From Promethearchaeota archaeon (GTDB taxonomy: Archaea; Asgardarchaeota; Thorarchaeia; Thorarchaeales; Thorarchaeaceae): a stretch of DNA of 6,792 bases. The position numbers and the translations under genes were made by a program. The notes beneath the pieces are model-generated. The model saw only the letters and a list, made by a program, of their open reading frames with translations, was not told the DNA's origin and did not search any database. Shown here in pieces: positions 5,939-6,792 of the stretch. Location: NCBI GenBank assembly GCA_027031765.1, contig JALVPN010000059.1, positions 8,888-15,679 of the forward strand, read 5' to 3'. Within the stretch, counting starts at the first letter, position 1. Every line of letters starts with the position of its first letter.

Positions 5939-6042
5939 GTTAGACTGGCTTGTGTATAGTACAAGACTTGACACAGGCGTCGGGACGCCCTTCCGGGCAC
6001 GCAGCCCCGCCCAACATGGGCCACACAGGAAGAGGCGACGTT

Positions 6043-6049
6043 GGAGTGA
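6043..6049 (+). promoter_or_regulatory. Shine-Dalgarno site (GGAGTGA) for top6B
   Basis: GGAGTGA-aagact-TTG, with the same 6-nt spacing seen at the hydrolase-1 and cofE starts. Confidence 0.6.
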
Positions 6050-6055
6050 AAGACT

Positions 6056-6792
6056 TTGAGCCCATCCAAGAAGAAGCGTACTAGAAAGAAGAGAAAGGCG
6101 TCGTCGACACGCCCCGCCAGTGGTGAGTCCCAGGGCGACATCACCCAGGGGACCATTGCGAAGTTCATGCGCAAGAGGACCCAGCTTGTCGGCTTCGAGA
6201 CAGGCCTCAACAAACACACACAGTACGCGATTGAGTTCCTCGACAACGCAATCGATGCACTGGAGAGCTGGTGGTGGAAAAGTGACAAGCACCCACGTCT
6301 GACCCCCCAGCTCGACCCGGCGCTGGTAGAAGAGGCGTTGGCAAAGCTCAAGGACGACCTCTTCGACTCGATTGCGCTCAGCAAGCAGCTGGAGAAGGCT
6401 GTCCGCCAGGGCAAGGAAGTGAAGATACCGCCCCGGCGCAAGGAGACCCTCGAAGAGCGCCTCCGTAGGTTCCGCAAGTTCCTCGTCCCGTTCAGGGCCT
6501 TCATCAACAAGGAAGAACCCCTCGTCGTGATGCAGCTCACAGAGATCCAGATGCCTGACCTCGTGCCCATTGATGACGAGGAGGGCATCAAGGTCTACGA
6601 GTTCACATGTTTCGACACCGGCGTCGGTATGGTGCCCTCTGACCTTGAGAAATTTGGTATCTACCTTGCGTCCAGCAAGTCGGAGCGTCTGCGCCAGACC
6701 CGTGGCAGCCAGGGCTTCGGTGCCCCATCGGCCTTCAGCGACGCCCAGAACACCACTGGCAAGCCCATCTTCGTCGTGACAAGGCGCTTCAC
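6056..6792 (+). CDS. top6B: DNA topoisomerase VI subunit B, N-terminal GHKL ATPase region; 3'-truncated by the window and absent from the ORF track
   Basis: My translation of frame 2 from TTG 6056 has no stop to the window end: ...TIAKFMRKRTQLVGF (cf. SPAEFFxxNxxxxGF), QYAIEFLDNAIDA (N box, Glu60/Asn64), FDTGVGM (G1), FGIYLASSK...RQTRGSQGFG (ATP lid/G2), AQNTTGKPIFV (cf. QxTTGKPxxV). Confidence 0.93.
   Translation, partial: MSPSKKKRTRKKRKASSTRPASGESQGDITQGTIAKFMRKRTQLVGFETGLNKHTQYAIEFLDNAIDALESWWWKSDKHPRLTPQLDPALVEEALAKLKDDLFDSIALSKQLEKAVRQGKEVKIPPRRKETLEERLRRFRKFLVPFRAFINKEEPLVVMQLTEIQMPDLVPIDDEEGIKVYEFTCFDTGVGMVPSDLEKFGIYLASSKSERLRQTRGSQGFGAPSAFSDAQNTTGKPIFVVTRRF

Noticed and set aside
5935-6591. 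218-aa minus-strand ORF, plus 5927-6292 and 6570-6779.
   Set aside because: Antisense shadows of top6B, which has clear GHKL motifs on the plus strand; the products are Ser/Arg-rich with no family features.
6614-6628. DTGVG in place of the usual Top6B DNGIG at the G1 box.
   Set aside because: It still fits the GHKL DxGxG consensus (DTG is standard in Hsp90 and many histidine kinases), so it is not evidence of lost function.

Overview
GC-rich archaeal chromosomal window. top6B and cofE mark it as archaeal; an Asgard, possibly Thorarchaeia-like, origin is my inference and cannot be verified here. Left to right: the 3' end of a P2A-type cation (probably Ca2+) P-type ATPase (+, to 559); two tandem alpha/beta-hydrolase paralogues of the monoacylglycerol lipase/lysophospholipase type (647-1483 and 1631-2479, -); a 3-hydroxyacyl/butyryl-CoA dehydrogenase (2676-3557, -); a ~650-bp apparently non-coding divergent spacer; a hypothetical protein that looks like a split PH/GRAM-like domain carrying a Gly/Ala-rich helical hairpin and two C-terminal zinc ribbons (4214-4936, +); coenzyme F420:L-glutamate ligase cofE (4981-5736, -); and the 5' part of DNA topoisomerase VI subunit B (6056 to window end, +). 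The supplied ORF track missed top6B because it has no stop in the window. The most unusual items are the PH/GRAM-hairpin-zinc-ribbon protein and the Top6B variant, which has an obligatory NLS-like basic N-terminal tail and an ~80-aa helical insertion in the GHKL ATPase domain. I see no mobile element, CRISPR array, tRNA or rRNA. Comparisons with reference proteins are from memory and need confirmation by alignment.
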